Assembly (NCBI GenBank): GCA_949358305.1
Contig: OX442314.1
Location: forward strand, 6,014,001-6,078,000
Direction of reading: 5' to 3'
DNA from: Strigamia acuminata
Lineage: Eukaryota
DNA length: 64,000 bases
Both the position numbers and the translations under genes were made by a program. The notes under the pieces were generated by a model. The model searched no databases. It was not told the DNA's origin and worked only from the letters and a program-made list of their open reading frames with translations. Below are positions 13,080-23,671 of this stretch, in pieces; positions within the stretch are counted from its first letter, which is position 1, and the number at the start of each line of letters is the position of its first letter.

Positions 13080-13338
13080 CCGTATTTTACCGAATAAGAG
13101 TCGCCCTCGAATTGTAGCCGCCCTTGAATAAGAGCCGCGACTAAGAGAGGCAACTTGAAATAAGAGCCGCCCTCGAATAGTAGCCGCGGCTTATGTTACG
13201 TTCAATGAACGTAACATTGACATTGGCCACTATTTGAAATAAAAGCCGCCCCCGAATTGGAGCCGCCCCCGATTTGGAGCCGCGGCTCAAAGTGCCCGTT
13301 TTGAATAAGAGCCGCGGCTCTTATTTGGTAAAATACGG
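13080..13338. mobile_element. MITE, Tc1/mariner-superfamily type (CCGTA termini, TA TSD)
   Basis: TIRs CCGTATTTTACCGAATAAGAG...CTCTTATTTGGTAAAATACGG, TA on both sides, interior made of about 8 copies of a GAATAAGAGCCGC-like motif. Confidence 0.88.
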
Positions 13339-13383
13339 TAATCACTTTACACGTTTTGTATGACACATTGAATGTTTACAACT

Positions 13384-14203
13384 TGTGGTGACCCAGTTGG
13401 ATAGGTGTCCCCCCAGGGCGGATACTAGTCCTCTGAGTCACTATGATTGAAGAGTCGTTCCCCCCGAGTTGGCTCCACCTCCCCATGGCAGGTGTGTGCC
13501 CCGAGGGGGAGGAAGCGGCTGGTGGTCAGCCCCCATTGGTTGACCGCCGGCCCTTCACCCCACTGCATAAAAGGCTGTGTTTCCCGCCTAAAGTCAGAAC
13601 TTACACAAACGACACCAAGAACACAGCAACTACCTCACCGTCAGGCCAACTTCAACTACAAGTTAGGATTGATCGAGGATCACTGAGTAAAGTGCAAACT
13701 GTAACTCTCACGAAGTCACTTGCGAGCTATTCCTGCGAAAGCACGAGAATAGCCCTTGTGAAATCACCCAGAATAATCGCCCAGACGATTATTCGCCGAA
13801 GTAAGTGTCCGAGTGCTTTGTAGGGAACCCCAAAGTTCCTAGACGAGGCCTCTGCGACGCTAAACCAAACCCTAAACAACAGGCACGGATAGAAGACTCG
13901 AAAGAGCATTCCACCGCGTCCGTGAAGACGAATCCGTGACGAATTAACGACAACTCGAGACGCCGCCTTTGTTCCGCCGACCACGCGGAATCGACGACGC
14001 CATCTTGAGAAATCCTTTGTTCGACGCTGACCACGTCGACTCTAGAATTATTACTGAGTGTATTTTAAAGGCATAAAGCCTGGTGAATAAATTACCTGTT
14101 TATTTACATACATTTGGTATTCATTTGGGTATTTGCATAATTGATCACAGGTAAAGTATTATACGTTAGCGCCATTTAAACCTATACGAAGTAGGACGCG
14201 ACA
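13384..14203 (+). repeat. 5' LTR of Gypsy A
   Basis: Direct repeat of 32225-33044; TGTGG...CGACA; AATAAA near 14086. Confidence 0.97.
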
Positions 14204-14205
14204 CG

Positions 14206-14223
14206 TGGGGGCCTGTCCGGGAT
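14206..14223 (+). promoter_or_regulatory. Primer binding site of Gypsy A, tRNA-Pro-like
   Basis: TGGGGGCCTGTCCGGGAT versus the canonical tRNA-Pro complement TGGGGGCTCGTCCGGGAT (16/18), 2 nt after the LTR. Confidence 0.85.
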
Positions 14224-14297
14224 TTAGAAATAAATCTCAAATCTGAACTTGTGATCTCTCAATAAGATAACCCAAATCGTAGAATTACCGAAAGAAA

Positions 14298-17200
14298 ATG
14301 TCAGACAAAGATGAGCAATCCGCGTCTGAAACCGAGCAGAGAATGCCCGAGAAGGGAAAAAGGACCTCCGACTACCACCTAAGGTCGGATGGTCCCGTCC
14401 CTGAAATGTCCGCAAAGGCGAAAGCCCGAGCGAACAAAAGGAGAGCGAAGGCGCAGAAAGAGGAGCAAGCTGCATCGCTCGCGGCCCTAGACGGGCCAGA
14501 GCGAGAGCGGGTTCCCTTGAATATGCAAACCTTCGAAGATACCGATACGGAAGCCCTAGAAAATCGAGAAGAAATTCACGACGTATCACCGGGACGAGTA
14601 TCGATATTAATGGCCGAGGAGACAGATGAAACTCCAAAGAAAACGGCCACGGTCGGCACGAACCCATCGCCACCAACGGCTCAGACGTCCGTGAAGCAAA
14701 CCCCACGAAAAAACGACGGCGGGACCCCGATAACCCCCCGAGTTACGGCGAGTCCTGCAGTTGTTTCCTTCGAAGTATCTCACCTAATTCGGTTGACGCA
14801 GCAAGCTGCCCAACTGAAAGCGATGATAGACATTCCAGTAGGAACGTCAGTCTGGGAATCGATTACTCTACTCACTGACGCTATCTGTGCGGCACAAGCC
14901 CCGACGCCGGTCGCAAGACCAGCAGCGGAGACGCCCATGCCCCAGGTAACGCCCAGTGACACCGGAGGTTTCGTACCAGACCCCAAAAAAGCCCTTCACG
15001 AATCCAGAGAGAAAGCCCGCGAAGAAGCCAGACAAGAGGCAATTAATCGCCAACGAAGGCTGAGCGCAGAAAGACGAGAACTCTGGAAAGAAGAGGAAGA
15101 AAGGGAACGGCGTGAAGAAAGGACCACCGAGAGAACAGAGAAACTGGTCCAAAAAATGAGGGAAGAACGGGAAGCTAAAATTCGAAAAGAATGGAACGCC
15201 ACAGTAGAAGGGCGGCATCGAGAAGCTCAAGAGTACGAGGACCAATTTCAAGCCCTCATAGCTCAAAGAAAAGCAGAAAAGCTACAAATGTTGCGAAAAG
15301 AAGCCATTCTACAACACCAGAAATGGGAAGAACAACATCGCGAGAGGCTGAGAGAAGAGGAAGCCAGAAAAGAAAAGGAACAGTTTCTGAAGGAGAAAGA
15401 AGAGTGGGAACGAGATAGATGGACCGAAGAGTACAAAGCGAAGAAGCAAGCCATAATAGACGAGCAAAAAAGATGGGAAGCCGAAAACTGGGAAAAAGAA
15501 ACAGAAAAGTTCCAAAAAGAGTACGAACAAGACGTCTCGGACAGGAAGAAAAAGGAAGAAAACCTGAAACGGAAATCAGAACCCCCCAGCGGCTCTGATA
15601 CCGACACAGGAGAAGATACAACAAAGCCGGCAAAAACGGCGAAAAGGGGGAAATCTCAAAAGAGAGACGAGTCGGTCCCAAAAACAAAGGACCGTCACCC
15701 CTCAAAAAGATCCGAGACGGGAGCAGCCATCGACGCGTTACTCGAAAAGAAAAACGCAAATAAAAATCGGGAACGCCCCGAAAGCGAGGAAAACAGATGG
15801 CATTCTTTTTACGAGAACAACGACGGAGAGGAGCCGCCGCCATCCGGAGGCTCGAAAGAGAAGAAGGCTGGCGGAGAGACCCCACCGAGAGGGCCGAGGT
15901 TTCACCCCCAAGGAGATTCCTTCGAGCCCTCCGATTCGTCGGACGACGACAACCCGAGTCGACCATCTACAGGGAGGAGTCGAGAGGGCAGCGATGGGCA
16001 CCGGTCGAACCGACCGAATGCTTCAAACCGCTCTTCCCGAAGCTCCAACCCTCGCTCCGAAGAAGGGAACTTTCAGGACTCATCTGGCCGCCATTACACG
16101 ATGGCTGAGCTAGGCCGAGCCCTGCTGAACTCTTTCAGAAGAGAAGGAATTGATCTAGGCCATCCAGGCGACGAGCATAACCGCGCAGGAGAAAGGGTTA
16201 AGCGCAAATATGGCGTACGCAACGAACCAAGCGGTGAAGCCACGGGTAACATCCGCTGGCAGCACTATATTCAAACGCGATTTGACGGTTCGTGGAAGGC
16301 CGGAGACCGCTTCCTGGACGAAGTAATGCGTATCAAGAAAGCGACAAAAGCCACCGTCGCCGACATGCTAACCCACGGTCTAGTGGAACTAACCACGGGA
16401 TCAGCTCGAGAATGGTATCAGGGACTGAAAAACCCAACCTGGGACGATTTTCTCGTCCGTTTCGATCTCCGATACGGCGAGACTCCAGACGAGATCAGTA
16501 ACAAACTACGTGGTCTACGACAAGCCCCAGGAGAAACATTAGCCGACTACGACGCCCGAGCGAAACTCCTGTTTGCAAGAGCGCCGTATGAAATAAACCC
16601 CGCTGGTTTTACGATGATCTTTTACGGAGGATTATCGGCCCACTCGCAAAGAATTCTGCTAGACATGCGTGCACCCCGCACTGGCGATTACCAAGATGTC
16701 AGTAACTATCTTCTAACAAACACGTTAGAAATAGAACAGCGGTACTACGCCACTCTACCCCCGGAAGAAGCTGACGCGCACGAGAAACGGTTGCAGACGA
16801 GCGCCGAACGTCACAAGACCTCAGAGAAATTAATGAGGCCAAGTGAATATTTGAGCGGCATAATGAGTCTCACCGAAGCATCCTTCGGACGAATGCTGAC
16901 GCCGAAAATAAGCAGTACTCTTCCAGCCAACCCGATAGCTGCCCCAAAGAAAGCACCGGCAGCGACAGCGATGCAGGTGACCTCGACGGACTCCACCCAG
17001 ATGGAGAAAGTCGAGGAGGCAACACCTCTCGCCACGGCTAAAGAAGAGGAGCCAGCGTCAAGCGACGAGGAAGCCCTAAATGAGCACCTCGAAAACTTAT
17101 CGACGGGATGCGACGATCAAGGACCCTATTTGCACCACGCGCACCGAGCCCTAGCAATCGCACAATTCAGAGCACACGTGCAGGCAACAAAAACGAGAGG

Positions 17201-17438
17201 GGCATTGGGAGGAAAAAGACGATTCCCGACGCCCTTCGTCCCGAAAAAACCGGGATTCACTCCCACAGGGGATAAAAGTAACATCAAATGTTACAGCTGC
17301 GGAGAATACGGTCACTATTCCGACAAATGCGAAAAAACCGTCAAAGAAAAAGGCATCATGCAAACCTTGATGAAAATGATGATGGAGTTAAATACTAATC
17401 TGGCAAAAAACTCCCAAGCGCAGGCGTCGCCGAAATAA
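14298..17438 (+). CDS. gag: Gag of Gypsy A (1046 aa): long charged coiled-coil N-terminus, capsid-like region, CCHC knuckle
   Basis: AREWY...TWDDF..RF...LRQAPGETLADY capsid motif; CYSCGEYGHYSDKC knuckle; position just after the PBS. Confidence 0.93.
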   Translation: MSDKDEQSASETEQRMPEKGKRTSDYHLRSDGPVPEMSAKAKARANKRRAKAQKEEQAASLAALDGPERERVPLNMQTFEDTDTEALENREEIHDVSPGRVSILMAEETDETPKKTATVGTNPSPPTAQTSVKQTPRKNDGGTPITPRVTASPAVVSFEVSHLIRLTQQAAQLKAMIDIPVGTSVWESITLLTDAICAAQAPTPVARPAAETPMPQVTPSDTGGFVPDPKKALHESREKAREEARQEAINRQRRLSAERRELWKEEEERERREERTTERTEKLVQKMREEREAKIRKEWNATVEGRHREAQEYEDQFQALIAQRKAEKLQMLRKEAILQHQKWEEQHRERLREEEARKEKEQFLKEKEEWERDRWTEEYKAKKQAIIDEQKRWEAENWEKETEKFQKEYEQDVSDRKKKEENLKRKSEPPSGSDTDTGEDTTKPAKTAKRGKSQKRDESVPKTKDRHPSKRSETGAAIDALLEKKNANKNRERPESEENRWHSFYENNDGEEPPPSGGSKEKKAGGETPPRGPRFHPQGDSFEPSDSSDDDNPSRPSTGRSREGSDGHRSNRPNASNRSSRSSNPRSEEGNFQDSSGRHYTMAELGRALLNSFRREGIDLGHPGDEHNRAGERVKRKYGVRNEPSGEATGNIRWQHYIQTRFDGSWKAGDRFLDEVMRIKKATKATVADMLTHGLVELTTGSAREWYQGLKNPTWDDFLVRFDLRYGETPDEISNKLRGLRQAPGETLADYDARAKLLFARAPYEINPAGFTMIFYGGLSAHSQRILLDMRAPRTGDYQDVSNYLLTNTLEIEQRYYATLPPEEADAHEKRLQTSAERHKTSEKLMRPSEYLSGIMSLTEASFGRMLTPKISSTLPANPIAAPKKAPAATAMQVTSTDSTQMEKVEEATPLATAKEEEPASSDEEALNEHLENLSTGCDDQGPYLHHAHRALAIAQFRAHVQATKTRGALGGKRRFPTPFVPKKPGFTPTGDKSNIKCYSCGEYGHYSDKCEKTVKEKGIMQTLMKMMMELNTNLAKNSQAQASPK

Positions 17439-17458
17439 ATTCAGCTTCGTCTGCGCCA
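17405..17458 (+). promoter_or_regulatory. Predicted -1 ribosomal frameshift signal (gag-pol) of Gypsy A
   Basis: A_AAA_AAC at 17405-17411 in the gag frame, a 6-nt spacer, then stem GCGCAGGCG/CGTCTGCGC. The -1 frame is open and joins pol once the Copia element and one TSD copy are removed. Confidence 0.8.
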
Positions 17459-18763
17459 GCCGCGGAAATTAAAAAGAAGAAATTGTTGGACTTTGGAACC
17501 GCTTTTCACCTAATTAAATCGTTTTTCGATGTGAAATGGCTTTAAAATGTTTATTTTATCATTTATCGGTAATTGTTTCCATTTTCCTGGGTTATTCAGT
17601 GTTTATTTAGTGTTTTCATGCTTGTTTGTAAAGAGAATGCATGATACCGGGTTAAATGTACTCAATACATTAGGTTTCATGCATCCTCTATCTTGTTCTT
17701 ATGTTTTTCATTATTATTGTTTATAATATCGGCCACCAGATGTCTCTGGCACATTGCAAATGGCCGCGCACACAGCCAGTGTGTTTCTCTGTGTTTTCCA
17801 ATGGTTTTTGGATCAATTATGTAAGTTTTCTCGAATTAAAGTGTATTTTGTTAATTATCAGTATTAGTTTATGTGCCACACGTCTTTATAAGTGTGGCAC
17901 ACGCGTTTTCTGGCCCAATACAGACCCGAACTCGCGTTTACGCATCACGGCAATTTTTCCAGCTCATGCATTGCCGTGAGCACGTTATTTTCACGCTTCC
18001 AGCACGATTTATCGTGCATTTATTGCGCCACAGAGCTACAAGTGGTAGCAGAGGCCTGGAAAGACACCAGTGCCTCGTTTTTTCACTAATTTTCCGTAAA
18101 TTTCGCGATTTTTTCGCGATTTGTGCGGAAATTTTTGTTTATTTCCAGTTTTTCGCCGAATTTCCGATGTCTCGACACACTTTGTACCCCGGAGTACAGT
18201 GTGGCCACATAGAACTTCATCTCGCTTAGTACCCCGGTGTACGGCGAATTTTTTTTTCAGAAGTTTTTCCCGATTTTCACAATCGGACGGCGATTTTTTT
18301 CCCGATTTTCGAAATCGGTCGGCGATCTTTTGAAGAATTCCGCATTTTTTATGCGCGGTGTGCACAGGGACGTCTGTGCATACAGATTCATCAACTTCTC
18401 CTTCCTTTTATTTCAGATTTCGAATTTATTTGTTAGTTTTAAGTTTTTTGGTGTGGGTCAATTAGAATCCTTGGCGCCCTTCGTCCAAATCTGGGCAAGC
18501 GTCACTGTATTCTTAGACAAGGCTGAGCCCTGCGCCACCTAACATTCCCGCGGCCCCAGGTGGTCATAAAGGACGTTAGGGGGACACTTGTCTAAGGTTT
18601 TCAAGCCAATTTTAGCATTGGCTCCCCGTCGAGGTCTTTCCGCTTCGAACAACGTTTGTGTGTGCGTCGGTAGTGCTTCGAGTGCTTCGAGTGAAAAGTG
18701 CTTCAATTTCGTCAATTGTGCTTCGATTTTCGGAAATTTTTCGACGATTTTTCCTCCGCAATC

Positions 18764-21700
18764 ATGCAAAAGGCTTCCGAAGCGACGTTGGGACGTGTAC
18801 CGGTCCTGACGACCGGCAACTACGAACAATGGCAACGAACAGTTAAGATGTTGCTCAAAAGTGAAGGCCTGTGGCATCACGTCACAGAAGACGGCGAGGA
18901 GGATTTTCTGAAGACGGCGGATGATAAAGAGAAACGCAAATATCAACGTCGGAAGGAACGAGCCCTAGGAACAATTTATTGTTTGGTATCCGAAGCCAAA
19001 CAGTCGGCACTCGATGGCTGCGAGACACCGAAGGAACAATGGGACATGCTCGCCAAGATCTACGCCCCCAGTTCACTTGCCCGTCAGGCAGCTATGCGCC
19101 GACAGTTCTTGCAATTGAAACTGGAGCCGAACGAGGAGATGCCCGATTTCCTGGGGCGTGTAGACCTGATGGTTCGTCAATTGAAGGACATCGGAGAGGA
19201 CATTCTCCCTCGACATCAGGCCTACCAGTACCTCGATTTTCTTCCAGCGGATTACGACCAGGCAACGTTCTCCATTTACCATTGGCCGTTGGCGAATTTT
19301 ACCCCGGCCAAAGTCTCCGAACAGCTCTTGTCGGAATACCTTCGTTTGAAGTCGAAATCCGACCACGATACGAAGAAGACGTCGGCATTCGCCGCGGACA
19401 ATCGCAACCGCAGTCAATCTCGCAATCCTCGTCCACTATCGAAAATTCGTTGTTTCAATTGCGATCAGATGGGCCACTACGCGAACAAATGCCCTCTTCC
19501 GCGCCGACAATTGAAGGAACAGCAACCGGCAGCTGCACTACAAGGACGATCTCGCAGCAAAAACCGACGTCGAAAGGGAACCAATTCTCAGCAACCGGGT
19601 GGTCAAAGCCGTGAAATTTCCCGCCCGCGACGTGATGCTGCGTACCTCTTGTCTGCGCCACCAGTTGTTACAGCACCGACTGTGCATTTCCTCCAATCCC
19701 ACGAATGGATCGTTGATTGTGGCGCAACAGACCACGTCTCGCACGTTCAAGCGTGGTTCACGAACTTTGTTTCCGTTGTCCCGTTCAACATCGAGTTAGG
19801 ACAAGGCAGTTCGAAGGTCACAGGCAAAGGTGACGTTCCGGTCAAGTCGCTCATCGATGGCTGCGAATGCACCGTAATGCTACGCGACGTCTTATTCGCA
19901 CCTGACTTCGGCGCCAATCTTATCTCGGTTTCTCGGATTGATAAATGCGGACATCACATCCACATTCACAACTCGGAATTGCACACGTATGAAACGGATA
20001 TCAAACTAAGTGTTCTTCGGGCGAAACAGAAGTCTGGACTTTATTTCGTGGATGGGCTTATCTCGCCATTCGCCGCTCCGACTAATGTTTCGAGTCCTCC
20101 ACCCGTTTCATCGTTGCCTCCGACTCCGACACCGACCACTCTAGTGACGAAGGAAGAGGACTTTCCCGCATTGCCCAAGTCTTCCAACAAGGCTAAGACG
20201 AAGTCGGCTGACAATATGACCGATTTCCGCTTGCCCGTCTCCTCCAACACCTTACTGGTCCCTTCACTTTTTCCTACCAGTCCTGCTCCTATTCCCGGAT
20301 CCCAACCTCAACAGATCCGGATGTATTCCAATGCCCTCACCTCTCCTCTTCCCGTTGCCAAGTCAAACGCAACATCACCTCCTCCTGTTGCTAAGTCAAA
20401 TGCAACATCACCTCTTAAACCGGTTACTACGTCGGTCAACGTCGCGGATGCCACGGGATTGTGGCACAGCAGACTGGGTCACCTGCACACCAAAGCCATG
20501 CGGACTTTGGCTGCTAACTCCCAGGTTTACGGACTTGATCCAGCTGCTGTTCGACAGGAACTTTCATGCAACACGTGCCGTGTCGCCAAGTCTACGCGTG
20601 CTTCGCATAAGCCGATTTCCGCGCCTTCGACCACGAAACCGCTTGAATTGCTTCACATGGACGTCTGGGGCCCGTCGAGACTGCCTTCCATTGGTGGCGC
20701 TAATTTCGCCTTCACCATTATCGACGACGCCACCAGGTATGCCTGGCTTTTCCCGATTACCCGTAAATCCGATGTTTTCGCTACGTTCAAAGACTTTGTT
20801 TCCCGTGTCGAACGTATAGCCGATTGCCGGATCAAAACGATTCGTACCGACCGTGGAGGAGAATTCATTTCAAGGGATTTTGACCGTTATCTCGCCGACA
20901 AGGGTATTGTTGCGCAACGGACCAACCCCGCGAGCCCACAGATGAATGGAGTCGCCGAACGCCTGAACCGGACGATGGGCGACTATCTCCGCTCCGTTAG
21001 ATCCGAAACCGGATTTCCGCATACGCTTTGGGCCGAACTTGCTGTGACATTCGTGTACATCAAGAACCGAAGTCCGCATTCGAAGCTCAACGACAAAATC
21101 CCGTACATTTTGTGGCGCCAGCGAGCTCTCTCTGTCAGACATTTTCGTAAAATCGGTTCCAAGTGCTGGGTGCACTTCACCGCGCCTGGACGCAACAAAC
21201 TGGATCCTCGAGCGTGGGAGGGATTTCTCGTCGGCTACGCTTCTGGTACTCGCGGTTATCGAGTTTTGAATCCGGCTACGAACACTGTCACCGAAACTGT
21301 CCACGTCCAAATCGATGAACGGCAGAACTTTAAACGCTCGCCCTTTTATGTTCCGGATCCGGATGACAATGCTCCACCCATGGAGGAGCCTGCTCGTGGC
21401 CACACCCCGTCGCGTGTCACTTTTCATGATAATTTCCCAACTCAACCTTGGCCTCGACGACGTCGCGATTCGGATAACGATTCTTCCGCCGGCAGTAGTG
21501 ACGATGATGGAATTATCAGTCGTGCTCAGTCTGTCGCTTCGACCGCTCCGTCTTTCGCTTCATTTGCCCCGTCCGCCGCTGCAAGCGTGCCTCTGGATGG
21601 TGAGGCTATTCCTGATGGCTCCGTGACCGCTGCCGATGACTCCGTTACTGCAGCGACCGTTGCAGGACATGGCCAATTTTCTCCAACCATACGTTCCACG

Positions 21701-23671
21701 CGTTTACCCCAGCTGCGACGTTCGATCTCTTACCCAACTCTTCCATGTCTTGACGATACCACGGCGATGTCTGTACAGGGTTCTGACTTTGACGACGACC
21801 TTCTTGACGAAGCGGCCGCCTTGCCTATTCCCGCTCCGGGTACGCCTAATTTGGCCCCTTTACGTGCTCTTCATTGCCCTTGGAGTTTTATTGGCGGCGT
21901 TTCGCCCTTCAGCGGATGGAGGAGAGAGGAACATCTCCGGAAAGATCAAATCCCGGGAAAGATCAAGGTCGACGTTTATTATTATCCGGAACACGGTGTC
22001 CGCTTGCGGTCGCAAAACGATATCGCCGCTTATTGTTTCGCACATCGGCTACCGTATGACGAGTCTATTTTCTTTTTTGGCAATTTGGAACACCACATGC
22101 CCTATGTTCCACCATCGCCTCATCGTGTCTTCATGTGTTTTCGGGAACCGGCCACATATGCCGAAGCAGTTAAATTGCCCGAAGCACCGAAATGGACCGA
22201 AGCAATCGACGAGGAGCTTTCTACTTTCAAGAAGCGCGAGGTTTACAAAGAGGTTCCGCGTCCACCCGATAAGACAGTCCTAGCTTGCAAGTGGATTTTC
22301 AAGTTAAAATCGGACGCCACCGGGACAATTCATCGATACCGTGCCCGACTTGTCGCACAAGGTTTCCGCCAAACAATGGGCGTTGATTTCGATGAAGTTT
22401 TTAGTCCGGTAGTTAACTTCGTGCTCATCCGATTTTTCTTCTGTCTTCTAGTCGTCTTGTTAGGATGGAGGGATACTCATCTCGACGTAAAATGTGCCTA
22501 CCTCTACGGCGACCTCGACCACGAAATCTACATGCGGATTCCCGCCGGTGCCACATGCTCCTCGCCCGACAACGTCTGGTTGTTGACCAAGTCGCTTTAC
22601 GGTCTTCATCAGTCGGGGCGCATGTGGTACCAAAAGCTCGATGAAACGTTAACCGGACTCGGATTCCAGAAATTTCCGGCTTGTAATTGCGTTTACGCAT
22701 TTGGACATTCGGCCATCATGTTAGTTTACGTTGACGACATCGTTTTATTTTACGCGTCGGAGAACATCCGAGACCGTATTCTTGCATTGATCACGAGCAA
22801 GTTCGAAATCGTCAACCTCGGCCCGATAACCAAGTTGCTCGGAGTGGAATTCGAGCGTCGTGACGGGAAAGTCTTCATGACTCAACGCAATTACATCGAT
22901 AAACTCCTCAAAAAGTTTAATGTTTCGTCCGATGCACTCATTAAAGTGCCTGTCACACCGGGAACCACGCTCGTGAAAGGCTCGTTGGACAATCTCCCGG
23001 ATTTCCCGTATCGGTCGCTCATCGGATCATTACTTTTTCTCGCTTCTCGCACTCGTCCCGATATCTTATACTCGGTCATCGCTCTCTCGCAGTACAACAA
23101 CTGCTACGACCAAAGCCACATTAAGTGTTTGCTTCAAGTTCTTCGATATGTGGCCAATACGAGTGATTATTCCATCGAACTTTCGAAATGCGATTCGAGT
23201 CAACTGTGGGGTTGCACAGACGCCTCTTGGGCCTCCGACATCGCTACATCGAGATCATTCGGCGGATACATTGTCTACATCGGAAGTGTGCCCATTGGCT
23301 GGAGCTGCAAAAAACAGACCAGTGTTGCTTGCTCCACCATGGAAGCCGAGTTTGTGGCATTAGTCGAAATCGTCAAGGAATTATACTGGTTGGACAGTAT
23401 TTATCAAGTATTTCCGCCTTTACGTCGATTATCGAAACCGATCATATTTTCCGATGCCCTCGCCTCGATTCAGTTCACGAACAACGACATCGAGAACTCG
23501 AAAACGAAACATATTCGAGTGAAGTTTCACTGGCTTCGTGAGTGGCATATTGCCGGTTGTTTCGAACTCCGCAAGATTCCGGGTGAGATAAATGTATCCG
23601 ACATTTTCACCAAGTGGCTCAGTTCAGAGCGTCTTCGAAATTTATTATCCCGGATTTTCGTCTCGAAGTAG
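18764..23671 (+). CDS. Copia Gag-Pol polyprotein with an MBD between integrase and RT
   Basis: First ATG 18764. CFNCDQMGHYANKC knuckle; WIVDCGAT protease; WHSRLGH..CNTC, LHMDVWGP, IRTDRGGEF and NGVAER integrase; YRARLVAQGF and YVDD RT; TDASWA and KHIRVKFH RNase H. Confidence 0.96.
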   Translation: MQKASEATLGRVPVLTTGNYEQWQRTVKMLLKSEGLWHHVTEDGEEDFLKTADDKEKRKYQRRKERALGTIYCLVSEAKQSALDGCETPKEQWDMLAKIYAPSSLARQAAMRRQFLQLKLEPNEEMPDFLGRVDLMVRQLKDIGEDILPRHQAYQYLDFLPADYDQATFSIYHWPLANFTPAKVSEQLLSEYLRLKSKSDHDTKKTSAFAADNRNRSQSRNPRPLSKIRCFNCDQMGHYANKCPLPRRQLKEQQPAAALQGRSRSKNRRRKGTNSQQPGGQSREISRPRRDAAYLLSAPPVVTAPTVHFLQSHEWIVDCGATDHVSHVQAWFTNFVSVVPFNIELGQGSSKVTGKGDVPVKSLIDGCECTVMLRDVLFAPDFGANLISVSRIDKCGHHIHIHNSELHTYETDIKLSVLRAKQKSGLYFVDGLISPFAAPTNVSSPPPVSSLPPTPTPTTLVTKEEDFPALPKSSNKAKTKSADNMTDFRLPVSSNTLLVPSLFPTSPAPIPGSQPQQIRMYSNALTSPLPVAKSNATSPPPVAKSNATSPLKPVTTSVNVADATGLWHSRLGHLHTKAMRTLAANSQVYGLDPAAVRQELSCNTCRVAKSTRASHKPISAPSTTKPLELLHMDVWGPSRLPSIGGANFAFTIIDDATRYAWLFPITRKSDVFATFKDFVSRVERIADCRIKTIRTDRGGEFISRDFDRYLADKGIVAQRTNPASPQMNGVAERLNRTMGDYLRSVRSETGFPHTLWAELAVTFVYIKNRSPHSKLNDKIPYILWRQRALSVRHFRKIGSKCWVHFTAPGRNKLDPRAWEGFLVGYASGTRGYRVLNPATNTVTETVHVQIDERQNFKRSPFYVPDPDDNAPPMEEPARGHTPSRVTFHDNFPTQPWPRRRRDSDNDSSAGSSDDDGIISRAQSVASTAPSFASFAPSAAASVPLDGEAIPDGSVTAADDSVTAATVAGHGQFSPTIRSTRLPQLRRSISYPTLPCLDDTTAMSVQGSDFDDDLLDEAAALPIPAPGTPNLAPLRALHCPWSFIGGVSPFSGWRREEHLRKDQIPGKIKVDVYYYPEHGVRLRSQNDIAAYCFAHRLPYDESIFFFGNLEHHMPYVPPSPHRVFMCFREPATYAEAVKLPEAPKWTEAIDEELSTFKKREVYKEVPRPPDKTVLACKWIFKLKSDATGTIHRYRARLVAQGFRQTMGVDFDEVFSPVVNFVLIRFFFCLLVVLLGWRDTHLDVKCAYLYGDLDHEIYMRIPAGATCSSPDNVWLLTKSLYGLHQSGRMWYQKLDETLTGLGFQKFPACNCVYAFGHSAIMLVYVDDIVLFYASENIRDRILALITSKFEIVNLGPITKLLGVEFERRDGKVFMTQRNYIDKLLKKFNVSSDALIKVPVTPGTTLVKGSLDNLPDFPYRSLIGSLLFLASRTRPDILYSVIALSQYNNCYDQSHIKCLLQVLRYVANTSDYSIELSKCDSSQLWGCTDASWASDIATSRSFGGYIVYIGSVPIGWSCKKQTSVACSTMEAEFVALVEIVKELYWLDSIYQVFPPLRRLSKPIIFSDALASIQFTNNDIENSKTKHIRVKFHWLREWHIAGCFELRKIPGEINVSDIFTKWLSSERLRNLLSRIFVSK
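21905..22081 (+). other. Methyl-CpG-binding domain (MBD) coding segment in the Copia polyprotein
   Basis: GWRREEHLRKDQIPGKIKVDVYYYPEHGVRLRSQNDIAAYC...IFFF matches the MBD pattern GW.RE...RK.....DVYY.(S)P.G..(F/L)RS..E...Y...FDF. Confidence 0.88.

Noticed and set aside
13090..13330. CRISPR-like short repeats
   Set aside because: Irregular spacing, no unique spacers, eukaryotic context; they are internal repeats of a TA-flanked MITE.
13443..13823. 126-aa ORF in LTR A as a counterpart of the LTR B protein
   Set aside because: No hydrophobic helix or similarity to the B ORF, and it has an earlier stop in the 3' LTR copy.
14224..16108. Antisense and alternative-frame ORFs over gag A (similar ones overlap pol and ORF3)
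   Set aside because: These are shadows of long, compositionally biased coding frames with no independent motifs.
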